Source: Clostridia bacterium | GTDB lineage: Bacteria; Bacillota; Clostridia; Christensenellales; UBA1242 | Assembly (NCBI GenBank): GCA_036649955.1 | Contig: JAVWAR010000002.1 | Span: 1-33,310, forward strand | Direction: 5' to 3' | Length of the DNA stretch: 33,310 bases | Shown here: positions 1 to 9,021 of the stretch, in pieces | Layout of the letters: each line of letters starts with the position of its first letter | How positions within the stretch are numbered: position 1 is the first letter of the stretch | Notes under the pieces: generated by a model | The model's input: only the letters and a program-made list of their open reading frames with translations | Database searches by the model: none | Told to the model about the DNA's origin: nothing | Translations under genes and position numbers: made by a program

Positions 1-219
1 TATAGTAGAGAGAAGTTGCTTGAAGGAGTAAATATTACTACACTTTTAACTGATGTAAACATTTGCAGTTCGAAAAGTGAAGTTAGGCGCTTAGTAGAGC
101 AAAATGGTATTTCTATTAATGATAGTAAAGTTACAGACTTTAATGCTATTATTAAATATGATAAAGACTTTATTGTTCGTAAAGGTAAAAAAGTAATAAT
201 AAAAATTAAACTTATATAA
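1..219 (+). CDS. tyrS: Tyrosyl-tRNA synthetase, C-terminal fragment (S4-like RNA-binding domain); 5' end lies outside the window
   Basis: The frame is open from nt 1. The tail SKSEVRRLVEQNGISINDSKV...IVRKGKKVIIKIKLI resembles the S4-like C-terminus of Firmicute TyrRS (SK.EARR.I..G...NG..., ending RRGKK.Y.LI). Confidence 0.55.
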   Translation, partial: YSREKLLEGVNITTLLTDVNICSSKSEVRRLVEQNGISINDSKVTDFNAIIKYDKDFIVRKGKKVIIKIKLI

Positions 220-250
220 TAAACGTTATATAAATTGTTTAGGAGTGATT

Positions 251-1138
251 ATGAGTGAGATTAGAAAAGCCGTTATTCCAGTAGCAGGAAGGGGAACTCG
301 GTTTTTGCCCGCTACCAAGGTTTTACCAAAGGAAATGTTTCCGATTATTAATAAACCCGTTCTCATGTATATTATTGAAGAATGTATGCTAAGTGGAATA
401 ACCGAAATTTTACTTATAATATCAAAAGACAAAGATTGTATTAAAAAGTTTTTCAAAAAAGATAATAAACTTGAAAAATGGTTACTTAAAAATAACAAAA
501 CTGGTTATCTTGATGAGTGGAATACTATTTTATCAAAAGTAAATATAAGTTTTGCATATCAAAGTAGTAAAAAAATAGGCAGTGGTGGTGCTTTAACGGT
601 TGCAGAAAGGTGGGTAAATAATGAACCATTTGCTGTATTATTTGGAGATGACTTAAATTTTACGAAAATTGATGAACGTCCAGTTATTGGACAACTAATT
701 GATGAATACGATAAGTATAAAAAGACAATAATTGGTTGTAAAAAAATTAACAAAGAAGATATATGTAAATATAGTTCAATAGTTACTGGTAAAAAACAAG
801 GAAAGTGTATAGAGGCAAATGGAATAATTGAAAAACCAAAGAAAGGTACAGAACCATCTCTTATATCTGGACTTGCGAGATACATATTGCCCAAAAATGC
901 TTTTTCTTATTTAAAAGAAACACCTGAAATGTTAAATGGTGAGATTGCTCTTACTGATACGCTGAATATAATTTGTAAAAAAGAAGGAGCGCTTGCTTAT
1001 GTCTTTGATTCAATAAGATATGATACAGGTGACCAGTTAGGATATGCACAATGTATAGTTGAATATATGCTTCGTGATGAAAAAATGGGTAAAGAATTTG
1101 AAAAATATCTAAAAACACTCATAAATAGTAGAAAATAA
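251..1138 (+). CDS. galU: UTP--glucose-1-phosphate uridylyltransferase
   Basis: N-terminal signature IRKAVIPVAGRGTRFLPATKVLPKEMFPIINKP is typical of GalU/GtaB. ATG 251 follows AGGAG (241-245); the GTG at 245 in the ORF track sits inside the SD and is unlikely to be the start. Confidence 0.85.
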   Translation: MSEIRKAVIPVAGRGTRFLPATKVLPKEMFPIINKPVLMYIIEECMLSGITEILLIISKDKDCIKKFFKKDNKLEKWLLKNNKTGYLDEWNTILSKVNISFAYQSSKKIGSGGALTVAERWVNNEPFAVLFGDDLNFTKIDERPVIGQLIDEYDKYKKTIIGCKKINKEDICKYSSIVTGKKQGKCIEANGIIEKPKKGTEPSLISGLARYILPKNAFSYLKETPEMLNGEIALTDTLNIICKKEGALAYVFDSIRYDTGDQLGYAQCIVEYMLRDEKMGKEFEKYLKTLINSRK

Positions 1139-1260
1139 CGCAAATTTTTAGAAAACTTTGAAAAATGGCGTTAAAACATTTGATATATGTCTATGATTTA
1201 GTTAAAATATATATAATAGATCCATGAGATACATGGCTTGAATAGAAAGAGGGAACTAAA

Positions 1261-1539
1261 ATGAAAATTTCTGACGTAAGAATCCGCATTGTAAAAAACG
1301 ATACAAGCAAAATTAAGGCATCTGCTTCAATTACTATTGAAGATTGCTTTGTTGTTCATGACATCAAAGTTATTGAAGGTAATGAAGGTTACTTTATTGC
1401 TATGCCATCAAGAAAAACACCAGATGGCGAGTTTAAGGATATTGTTCATCCACTTAATACTGAAACTCGTGAAGAAATTCGCGACATCGTATTAAAGGCT
1501 TTTGAAGAGGCTTCAAAAGTTGCTGAACAGGCTGAATAA
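1261..1539 (+). CDS. spoVG: Septation/sporulation regulator SpoVG
   Basis: MKISDVRIRIV...ASASITIEDCFVVHDIKVIEGNEGYFIAMPSRKTPDGEFKDIVHPLN is the canonical SpoVG sequence. SD AGAGGGA lies upstream. Confidence 0.9.
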   Translation: MKISDVRIRIVKNDTSKIKASASITIEDCFVVHDIKVIEGNEGYFIAMPSRKTPDGEFKDIVHPLNTETREEIRDIVLKAFEEASKVAEQAE

Positions 1540-1554
1540 TAGTTTTTAATATTT

Positions 1555-1582
1555 GCGAACCCATATTTGGGTTCGCTTTTTT
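1555..1582 (+). terminator. Rho-independent terminator after spoVG
   Basis: Stem GCGAACCCA (1555-1563) pairs with TGGGTTCGC (1568-1576), loop TATT, followed by a T6 run. Confidence 0.75.
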
Positions 1583-1607
1583 ATTGTTTTTATATTTATG
1601 AAAAATT

Positions 1608-1637
1608 TTAACAATTAAAGTTGCGTTCGCATAAAAT
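1608..1637 (+). promoter_or_regulatory. Putative sigma-A promoter abutting the murC start codon (candidate leaderless transcript)
   Basis: TTAACA (1608-1613), 18-nt spacer, TAAAAT (1632-1637). The murC ATG is at 1643, 6 nt after the -10, and no SD is present. Confidence 0.35.
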
Positions 1638-1642
1638 ACAAT

Positions 1643-3010
1643 ATGTTAGATAATATAAAAACCATTCATATAATTGGTATTGGTGGCATTAGTTTAAGTG
1701 CTATTGCACTTATTTTAAAAAACAAAGGGTTTGTAATTACTGGCAGTGATGAAACACTTACAAGTATTACAGATAATTTAATAGCAAAAGGTATTCGTGT
1801 GTCAAAAGGTGAAAACCTTAACGATACTCGCAATGCCGATGCAATAATTGTTTGTTCTGCAATACCTTCGTGCAATGCGGAATTAAAACTTTCAAAGGAA
1901 CTTAATAAGAAAATTTTTAAACGTTCTGAAATACTTGGAATGATATCAAAAGAATATTCTAAAACTATTTCTATTGCAGGTAGTCATGGAAAAACCACAA
2001 CTACTGGCATGATTGCCGAAATATTAGTTTCTGCAAGTCTTGACCCAACAGTTCATATTGGCGGGTTATATAAAGGCATTGGTGGAAATGTTCGTTTAGG
2101 TGGCTCTAATTTATTCGTGACAGAAGCCTGCGAATACAAAGATAGTTTTTTGGATTTATCCTCGTTTATTGGTATTGTTCTATCTGTTCAAGAAGACCAT
2201 TTGGATTATTTTATTAACCTTGAAAATATACAAAAATCTTTTAGTTGTTTTTCGCATAACATTTCTGCATCTGGTTACTTTATTGTAAACAATGATGATG
2301 AAAATGCAAGAAAACTTTCTTCATTTGCTAAAAAAATAACTTATGGATTAACTAATGATAGCGATGTTTTTGCACGCAATATTAAATTTAATGAATGTGG
2401 ATTATATACATTTGACATTGTTGCGTTTGGTGCATTTATCTGTAATATATCTCTATCTGTTATTGGTAGGCATAACATATATAATGCGCTTGCAGCCTTT
2501 ACTGCATGTATGTGTCTTTCTGTAAAAAAAGAAGATATAAAACTGGGGCTTGAAAAATTTAGTGGTGTTGACCGTAGATTTGAACTTATTAAGAAAACTA
2601 TAAATAGTGTTTTAGTTCATGATTATGCTCATCATCCCACTGAAATAATTGCCACATTAAGTGCAATTCGCACATTTTACAAAGGAAAAGTGATTATTGT
2701 TTTTCAACCACATACGTATTCTCGAACGAGAGATTTATTTGACGGATTTGTATCTGCTTTTAATGATGCTGATGAGATATGGTTATTGCCCATATACCCC
2801 GCGCGTGAAGACCCTATTGCTGGGATTACAAGTGAGGTGCTTGGCACTGAGATATCAAAGTTAGGAAAACATGCAAGGTGTTTGAAAGATTTTAATGAAT
2901 GTATACAAATGATAGAATACAACTTAAAAGAAAAGTGTTTTATTGTGATTGTTGGTGCTGGTAATATTTTATCTATTGCTAAGTACTTTGAATCTGAAAA
3001 AAACTCTTGA
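1643..3010 (+). CDS. murC: UDP-N-acetylmuramate--L-alanine ligase
   Basis: IHIIGIGGISLSAIALILKNKGFVITGSD (MurC N-terminal fold), GSHGKTTTT P-loop, Mur ligase length of 455 aa. Confidence 0.9.
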   Translation: MLDNIKTIHIIGIGGISLSAIALILKNKGFVITGSDETLTSITDNLIAKGIRVSKGENLNDTRNADAIIVCSAIPSCNAELKLSKELNKKIFKRSEILGMISKEYSKTISIAGSHGKTTTTGMIAEILVSASLDPTVHIGGLYKGIGGNVRLGGSNLFVTEACEYKDSFLDLSSFIGIVLSVQEDHLDYFINLENIQKSFSCFSHNISASGYFIVNNDDENARKLSSFAKKITYGLTNDSDVFARNIKFNECGLYTFDIVAFGAFICNISLSVIGRHNIYNALAAFTACMCLSVKKEDIKLGLEKFSGVDRRFELIKKTINSVLVHDYAHHPTEIIATLSAIRTFYKGKVIIVFQPHTYSRTRDLFDGFVSAFNDADEIWLLPIYPAREDPIAGITSEVLGTEISKLGKHARCLKDFNECIQMIEYNLKEKCFIVIVGAGNILSIAKYFESEKNS

Positions 3011-3036
3011 CAATAAATTAAAATTGTTTTACACTA
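3007..3036 (+). promoter_or_regulatory. Putative sigma-A promoter of the ileS T-box leader
   Basis: TTGACA (3007-3012, overlapping the murC stop), 18-nt spacer, TACACT (3031-3036). Confidence 0.45.
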
Positions 3037-3044
3037 AGCGTAAT

Positions 3045-3277
3045 TTATATTGCGATGACTTAGGACACGTTTTTAGTTGTGAATTTCTTTTAGCGAGTGG
3101 GGTTTGGTGAAAGCCTACAAGATAACAACTATGAATATCACCTAATAGCATGTGAGTGAACTTATAGTAACTTGCACGGTAGTTTCCCGAGAGTAAACAG
3201 GGGCATGATAGTGCCTAAGTCTTACAAGTGGTAACGCAAACTCTGTGTTCTTGTTTTGAACATAGAGTTTTTTTTAA
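3045..3277 (+). promoter_or_regulatory. T-box riboswitch leader, isoleucine-specific (AUC specifier), with terminator/antiterminator
   Basis: Stem I base GCGATGA (K-turn-like). AGCGAG...GGTGAAA distal elements. Specifier-like GAAT-ATC-A with ATC at 3137-3139. T-box sequence AAGTGGTAACGCA (3226-3238), whose UGGU would pair with the ACCA end of a tRNA with A73. Terminator AAACTCTGTGTTC (3238-3250) / GAACATAGAGTTT (3258-3270) plus a T run, overlapping the T-box sequence as expected for antitermination. Confidence 0.8.
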
Positions 3278-3288
3278 GGAGAAAATAA

Positions 3289-6200
3289 ATGTATAATAAA
3301 GTTGATAGTAAACTGGATTTCGTAGGACGCGAAGAAGAAATTGTTAAGTTTTGGAAAGAAAATGATATTCAAAAGTCTGTTCGCAAGCAGAACGAAAACA
3401 ATCGTATTTATTCGTTTTATGAAGGTCCACCAACTGCAAATGGTATTCCTCATATAGGCCATGTTCTTACGCGTACTATCAAAGACGTTTTTCTTCGTTA
3501 CCATTCTATGCTTGGCGAAAATGTTATTAGAAAAGGTGGATTTGATACGCATGGATTGCCTGTTGAACTGGAAGTTGAAAAGAAAATAGGTTCTACTGGT
3601 AAAAAAGATATTGAAACCTATGGTATTAATAAGTTCCTTGAAAAATGTAAAGAAAATACTTTAATTTATCAAGATATGTGGGAAGATTTCTCTAATAGAA
3701 TGGGCTATTCTGTTGATATGGAAGACCCATATATTACATTTGATGTTAAATATATGGAAAGTGTTTGGTGGAGTTTGGCTGAACTTTATAATAAAGGATA
3801 TATTTATCAAGGGCATAGAATTCTTCCTTATTGTCCAAGATGTGGAACATCACTTTCAACATCAGAAGTCGCACAAGGTTATAAAACCGTTAAAGAACGT
3901 TCTTGTGTTGCGAAATTCAAGGCACTTGATGAAGATAATACCTTTTATCTTGCATGGACAACAACTCCATGGACACTTCCATCAAATGTTGCGCTTTGTA
4001 TGAATGCAAAAGAAGATTATGTTAAAATAAAAACCGAAAAAGAAAACTATATTTTGGCAAAAAACCTTGTTGATACATTTTTTGAAAAAGATACTTATTC
4101 AATAGTATATTCAAAAAAAGGTAGTGAATTTGAAAAACGTTATTATGAACCTTTATTTGATTTTGTAAAAGATAAATATTCGGGCAGTGCATGGTTTATT
4201 ACAAATGATGACTATGTAACGCTTACTGATGGTACAGGTGTTGTTCATATTGCTCCGGCTTTTGGTGAAGACGATGCAAAAGTTGGTAAAAAATATAAAC
4301 TTCCATTTGTTCAACTAGTTGCAGAAGACGGAAAACTTACTTCTGAATGTGGTCAGTTTGCCGGACTATTCATTAAAGATGCGGACAGACCAATTTTAAT
4401 TAATCTTAAAGAAACGGGTAAACTTTTCAAGGATATGATGTATGAACATGAATATCCACATTGTTGGAGATGTGAAACTCCGTTACTTTATTATGCTCGT
4501 TCTAGTTGGTTTATAAAAACCGAAGAAAATAAAGAAATCTTAATTTCAGATAATAAAGATGTTGAATGGTTTCCAGAATCTGTTGGTGAAGGTAGAATGG
4601 GTGGTTGGTTTAGGGGTATCCGTGACTGGGATATTGGACGTAATCGTTATTGGGGTACGCCTCTTCCAATTTGGATTTGTAAGGATTGTGGGCATGTTCA
4701 TGCAGTTGGTTCTGTAAAAGAACTTAAAGAACGTGGCGGAATTGACGAATCGGTAGAACTTGACCTTCATAAACCTACTGTTGATAAAATTACTTTTAAA
4801 TGTGAAAAATGTGGTGGAGTTATGACAAGAACTCCTGAGGTTATTGATTGCTGGTATGATAGTGGTTCTATGCCTTTTGCTGAACTTCATTACCCTTTTG
4901 AGAACAAAGAACTATTTGAAAAAACTTATCCTTGTGAGTTTATTTCAGAAGGTATGGACCAAACGAGAGGGTGGTTCTATGCTCTTCAAACAATCAACTC
5001 GCTATTATTTGGAAAGACTCCTTATAAACGTTGTTTGCCACTTGGTCTTGTAAATGATGAACATGGCATTAAAATGAGCAAACATTTAGGCAACGTTGTT
5101 TCGCCATTTGATATGTTTAAAAAGTATGGAACTGATGCTGTAAGATGGTATTTTTATACTGCAAACAGCACTTGGATTTCAACAAGTTTTAAAGAAGAAA
5201 CTCTTGCAGAATCTCAAAGAAAAATGATGGGAACGCTTTGGAATACTTATTCATTTTTCGTGCTATATGCAAATATAGATAATTTTGATGGTAGTAAAAC
5301 TAGTATAGATTCGGTGCAGTTGTCTTTTATGGATAAATGGATAATTTCAGAAGTTACAAGTCTTACTGAAAGCGTAAGAGTCAATCTTGATGCTTACAAT
5401 CCAACTGAGGCAAGTAGGGCTATAACTAAATTTATAGATACCTTGTCAAACTGGTATGTTAGGCGCAGTCGTGAAAGATTTTGGTCTAATGGTGAAAATG
5501 CAGACAAAACTGCTGCGTTTACAACACTTTATTATGTATTAAATATTGTAACGAAACTTTTAGCACCATTTACGCCACTTTTTTCAGAAACTATTTATCA
5601 GAATTTAGTTCGCTCATGCTTTGTAAATGCTAAAAAGAGTATCCATATGTGCAGTTTTCCAGTTGTTGATGAAAAACTTATTGATAAAAAATTAAATGAA
5701 GGCATGGAAAGTGTACTTGATATTGTTGTTCTTGGAAGAAGTGCAAGAAATTCATCAAATCAAAAAAACCGTCAACCACTTCGTAAAATGATGGTGGCAT
5801 TAAACCATGACCAATTACTTAATGATGAATTAATTTCACTTATTAAAGATGAAATCAATATTCAAAATTTAGAGTTTTCAAAAGACTTAACAGAATATAT
5901 TTCTTATGACTTAAAGCCTCAACTTAAAACGGTTGGACCTAAATATGGCAAGCAATTAAATATTATTCGTAATTATTTGTCATCATGTGACTCAATCAGT
6001 GTTGTTAAAAAACTCAATGCAGGTGAAGAACTTGTCATTAAAGATGGGGACTCAGATATTGTGCTTGGTTTGGATGACGTGCTTATTAATGCTTGCAATA
6101 AAGAGGGATATTCTTCTGCAAGTGCAAGCGGATATACTGTTGTTCTTGACACAATAATTACTCCTGAACTTAAAGCACTTGGTGAAGTACGTGAATTTGT

Positions 6201-6426
6201 TTCTAAAATTCAAGCGCTTAGGAAAGAGGCAGACTTTGAAGTTGTAAATCATATTAATTTGGGTGTTTCATGTAATGAGTATTTGAAAAATGTAATTATT
6301 TCTAATAAAAAAGAAATTATGAAAGATACGCTTGCAGACAATATTTATTTTGATAACTTAAAAGGGTTTATAAAAGAAGTTGATATTAATGAATTTAAAA
6401 TAACCATTGCGGTAGAAAAAAATTAA
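3289..6426 (+). CDS. ileS: Isoleucyl-tRNA synthetase, type 2 (long, Thermus/eukaryote-like form)
   Basis: EGPPTANGIPHIGHVLTRTIKD (HIGH), KMSKHLGN (KMSKS), GFDTHGLPVELEVEKKIG, Cys-pair zinc motifs. The 1045-aa length and PPTANG..H.GH N-terminus match type-2 rather than type-1 IleRS. Confidence 0.95.
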   Translation: MYNKVDSKLDFVGREEEIVKFWKENDIQKSVRKQNENNRIYSFYEGPPTANGIPHIGHVLTRTIKDVFLRYHSMLGENVIRKGGFDTHGLPVELEVEKKIGSTGKKDIETYGINKFLEKCKENTLIYQDMWEDFSNRMGYSVDMEDPYITFDVKYMESVWWSLAELYNKGYIYQGHRILPYCPRCGTSLSTSEVAQGYKTVKERSCVAKFKALDEDNTFYLAWTTTPWTLPSNVALCMNAKEDYVKIKTEKENYILAKNLVDTFFEKDTYSIVYSKKGSEFEKRYYEPLFDFVKDKYSGSAWFITNDDYVTLTDGTGVVHIAPAFGEDDAKVGKKYKLPFVQLVAEDGKLTSECGQFAGLFIKDADRPILINLKETGKLFKDMMYEHEYPHCWRCETPLLYYARSSWFIKTEENKEILISDNKDVEWFPESVGEGRMGGWFRGIRDWDIGRNRYWGTPLPIWICKDCGHVHAVGSVKELKERGGIDESVELDLHKPTVDKITFKCEKCGGVMTRTPEVIDCWYDSGSMPFAELHYPFENKELFEKTYPCEFISEGMDQTRGWFYALQTINSLLFGKTPYKRCLPLGLVNDEHGIKMSKHLGNVVSPFDMFKKYGTDAVRWYFYTANSTWISTSFKEETLAESQRKMMGTLWNTYSFFVLYANIDNFDGSKTSIDSVQLSFMDKWIISEVTSLTESVRVNLDAYNPTEASRAITKFIDTLSNWYVRRSRERFWSNGENADKTAAFTTLYYVLNIVTKLLAPFTPLFSETIYQNLVRSCFVNAKKSIHMCSFPVVDEKLIDKKLNEGMESVLDIVVLGRSARNSSNQKNRQPLRKMMVALNHDQLLNDELISLIKDEINIQNLEFSKDLTEYISYDLKPQLKTVGPKYGKQLNIIRNYLSSCDSISVVKKLNAGEELVIKDGDSDIVLGLDDVLINACNKEGYSSASASGYTVVLDTIITPELKALGEVREFVSKIQALRKEADFEVVNHINLGVSCNEYLKNVIISNKKEIMKDTLADNIYFDNLKGFIKEVDINEFKITIAVEKN

Positions 6427-6452
6427 AGGAAGGTGAAAACCTTTCTTTTTTT
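6425..6452 (+). terminator. Probable Rho-independent terminator after ileS
   Basis: AAAGGAAGG (6425-6433) / CCTTTCTTT (6440-6448) with one mismatch, then a T run to 6452. Confidence 0.5.
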
Positions 6453-6505
6453 GTATTAAAAAATTTGTTTTTACACAGAATAATGATATATAAGGAGATG
6501 AGAGT

Positions 6506-6625
6506 ATGTTTACAGAAAGTGTTTTTGTTCAAAGAAGTCCAATTCATGATAAAACCGTGTTTGATTATATGAAAATACGTAGCAATGATGGTTATATTTT
6601 TTCAGCCGATGAGATAAGAAATTAA
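6506..6625 (+). CDS. Hypothetical small protein (39 aa), below the ORF-track cutoff
   Basis: ATG 6506 lies 8 nt after a consensus AAGGAG (6492-6497). Translation MFTESVFVQRSPIHDKTVFDYMKIRSNDGYIFSADEIRN, stop TAA 6623-6625. No recognisable family. Confidence 0.3.
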   Translation: MFTESVFVQRSPIHDKTVFDYMKIRSNDGYIFSADEIRN

Positions 6626-6652
6626 GAAGTATAAAAACTTCTATAAAATCCC

Positions 6653-6681
6653 TTGACAATTTTTCGGTTATATAATATAAT
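6653..6681 (+). promoter_or_regulatory. Consensus sigma-A promoter of rpmE
   Basis: Perfect TTGACA (6653-6658), 17-nt spacer, perfect TATAAT (6676-6681). Confidence 0.65.
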
Positions 6682-6717
6682 TACGAATGCAAATTATTCA
6701 AGGGAGATATGCCATAA

Positions 6718-6924
6718 ATGAAATCAAACATACATCCAGATTATCATAAAGTTACCGTTCAATGTGCTTGTGGAGAAACTTTTGAAAGTGGTTCTACTAA
6801 ACAGGGAGATGTTGTTAAAATAGAAATATGTAACAAATGTCATCCATTCTTTACTGGAACACAGAAATTAGTTGACCAAGGCGGACGTGTTGAAAAGTTT
6901 AACAAACGTTACGGCAATAAGTAG
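6718..6924 (+). CDS. rpmE: 50S ribosomal protein L31 (Zn-ribbon type A form, CxxC...CxxC present)
   Basis: [27 protein letters not shown]...[29 protein letters not shown] is canonical L31. Confidence 0.95.
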   Translation: MKSNIHPDYHKVTVQCACGETFESGSTKQGDVVKIEICNKCHPFFTGTQKLVDQGGRVEKFNKRYGNK

Positions 6925-6934
6925 CAAGGTTTTA

Positions 6935-6964
6935 GTGCAAGAATTTAATTCTTGCACATTTTTC
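6935..6964 (+). terminator. Rho-independent terminator after rpmE
   Basis: GTGCAAGAAT (6935-6944) / ATTCTTGCAC (6948-6957), followed by ATTTTT. Confidence 0.7.
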
Positions 6965-7029
6965 TAATTGCGGATATTTTTTCTAAATGAAATTATGTCG
7001 CAATTTTTTTATATGTAAAGGTAAAACCA

Positions 7030-7857
7030 ATGGAATTAAAAAAATATTATTTAGAAACACTTGAAAAATTTAAAAATGCGGGTATAGACGAAAGCGCAGA
7101 AGTTCTTTGGATTTTTGCCTACGTGCTTAAAGTTAAACGTTCGTATATTTTTTCTATAAAAGATATTTCAGAAGCCGATAAAGTTAAAATTGATAATATT
7201 GTATGTGAAAGATTAAAAAGAAAACCACTTGATAAAATTCTTGGTTTTTCTGAGTTTTATGGATATAAATTTCTTGTCAATGAAGATGTCTTGATTCCAA
7301 GGCCGGAAACGGAAGAACTTGTTGAACTTGCACTTCAAAACATTACAAGTCAAGATAGTGTTTTAGATGTGGGCACTGGTAGCGGTGATATTGCAATCAC
7401 TATTAAAAAGAAAAGCAATGCAAAAGTTACTGCTGTTGATGTTTCAAATAGTGCGCTACTTGTGGCACAGCAGAATGCCTTACTTAATGACGCTGATGTA
7501 ACAATGGTTCTTAGTGATTTATTTAATGGTATAGTTGGTCAAAAATTTGATAAAATAATTTCAAATCCGCCATATATTAAATCTTGTGATATAAACTATC
7601 TTGAAGATGAAGTGAAAAAGTTTGAGCCACATATTGCACTTGATGGCGGAGAATCTGGGTTTGTGTTTTATGAAAAAATTATAAGTGAAGCGCCTTCGCT
7701 ACTTAATAAGCATGGTCAAATATTTTTTGAAGTAGGTGACGGGCAAGCAGAAGTTGTTTCTAATTTGCTTAAAAAAGATTTTACTAATATTAAAATAAAA
7801 AAAGATTTAGAAGGTATTGAACGTATAGTTTATGCCGAGTTAAAGGATATATTATGA
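7030..7857 (+). CDS. prmC: Release factor glutamine N5-methyltransferase
   Basis: LIPRPETE, VLDVGTGSGDIAI (SAM-binding) and NPPYI motifs. Sits directly beside prfA. Confidence 0.85.
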   Translation: MELKKYYLETLEKFKNAGIDESAEVLWIFAYVLKVKRSYIFSIKDISEADKVKIDNIVCERLKRKPLDKILGFSEFYGYKFLVNEDVLIPRPETEELVELALQNITSQDSVLDVGTGSGDIAITIKKKSNAKVTAVDVSNSALLVAQQNALLNDADVTMVLSDLFNGIVGQKFDKIISNPPYIKSCDINYLEDEVKKFEPHIALDGGESGFVFYEKIISEAPSLLNKHGQIFFEVGDGQAEVVSNLLKKDFTNIKIKKDLEGIERIVYAELKDIL

Positions 7858-8921
7858 TAGAAAAATTGGAGTTTTTAAAGAAAAAGTTTGATGACCTTAC
7901 AGAGAAAATTTCAGACAATGAAATTATTGCAGACCAACAACTTTGGCAAAAATATGTTAAAGAACATTCTGCACTTAGAGATATTATTGAAAAATATAAT
8001 GAGTATCTTTCTGTTCAAAAAGATATGACAGATGCAAAACTTATGCTCGAAACCGAAACGGATAAAGAGATGATTGCCATGCTGGAAGACGAACACTACT
8101 CAGGTAAAGAAAAATTGGAAAAAATTGCAGAAGAACTTAAATTCCTTTTACTTCCAAAAGACGAAAATGATGATAAAAATATTATCATTGAAATTCGCGC
8201 TGGTGCTGGTGGTGAAGAGGCGTGCCTTTTTGCTGCTGAAATAAAAAGAATGTATAGTTTATATGCTGCTACGCAACGCTGGAAGATTGAAGAACTAGAT
8301 GGCGGATATACAGAAGGCGGGGAAATTAAAGAAAACAGTTTTATGATTATTGGTAAAGGTGCTTTTGCAAAAATGAAATATGAGGCTGGCGTACACAGAG
8401 TTCAACGTGTTCCAGAAACCGAAAATGCAGGCAGAGTACATACATCAACAATAACGGTTGCAGTTCTTCCTGAAACTACAAATGTTGAAGTTGATATTAA
8501 TGAAAATGATATTCAAATTGATACTTATCGTGCTAGTGGCGCAGGTGGACAACATGTCAATCGTACTGACTCTGCTGTTCGTATGACACATATCCCAACA
8601 GGACTTGTTGTGCAATGCCAAGATGAACGCTCACAAATAAAGAATAAAGAAAAAGCACTACATTGGCTAAAAAATAAACTTTATGATTATTATAAAACTA
8701 TTGCAGATAAAGAATACGCTGATAGACGTAAGGGTCAAGTTGGCTCTGGTGATAGAAGTGAGAAAATTCGTACCTATAACTATCCACAAAATAGAGTGAC
8801 TGACCATCGTGTAAATTTTACAATGTATTCACTTGATAGATTTTTAAATGGCGAAATGGAAGATATGATAGAAGCACTTCAAGTTGCTGAAAAGCAAGCA
8901 AGACTTGCTCAAACTGAATAA
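7854..8921 (+). CDS. prfA: Peptide chain release factor 1
   Basis: RASGAGGQHVNRTDSAVR (GGQ), PET tripeptide in RVQRVPETE, 355 aa. The start overlaps the prmC stop (ATGA, 7854-7857). Confidence 0.95.
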   Translation: MIEKLEFLKKKFDDLTEKISDNEIIADQQLWQKYVKEHSALRDIIEKYNEYLSVQKDMTDAKLMLETETDKEMIAMLEDEHYSGKEKLEKIAEELKFLLLPKDENDDKNIIIEIRAGAGGEEACLFAAEIKRMYSLYAATQRWKIEELDGGYTEGGEIKENSFMIIGKGAFAKMKYEAGVHRVQRVPETENAGRVHTSTITVAVLPETTNVEVDINENDIQIDTYRASGAGGQHVNRTDSAVRMTHIPTGLVVQCQDERSQIKNKEKALHWLKNKLYDYYKTIADKEYADRRKGQVGSGDRSEKIRTYNYPQNRVTDHRVNFTMYSLDRFLNGEMEDMIEALQVAEKQARLAQTE

Positions 8922-9006
8922 TTATTGTTATTTAAAAGTAACAATATTGTTTATCTTTTAAAATATTAAAAATACTCTATAAAAATGGGGTATTTTTTTG
9001 TTTATG

Positions 9007-9015
9007 TGATATAAT
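9007..9015 (+). promoter_or_regulatory. Extended -10 element (TGaTATAAT) immediately upstream of the uvrC ATG
   Basis: TG (9007-9008), then n, then TATAAT (9010-9015). The uvrC ATG is at 9022, and there is no SD or convincing -35. Confidence 0.3.
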
Positions 9016-9021
9016 TAAGTT

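Noticed and set aside
8922-9021. LexA/Cheo box (GAAC-N4-GTTC) controlling uvrC, and a weak AT-only hairpin (8924-8945) as the prfA terminator.
   Set aside because: No GAAC...GTTC motif is present. The hairpin has a 7-bp A/T stem with a poor U tract, too weak to call a terminator.
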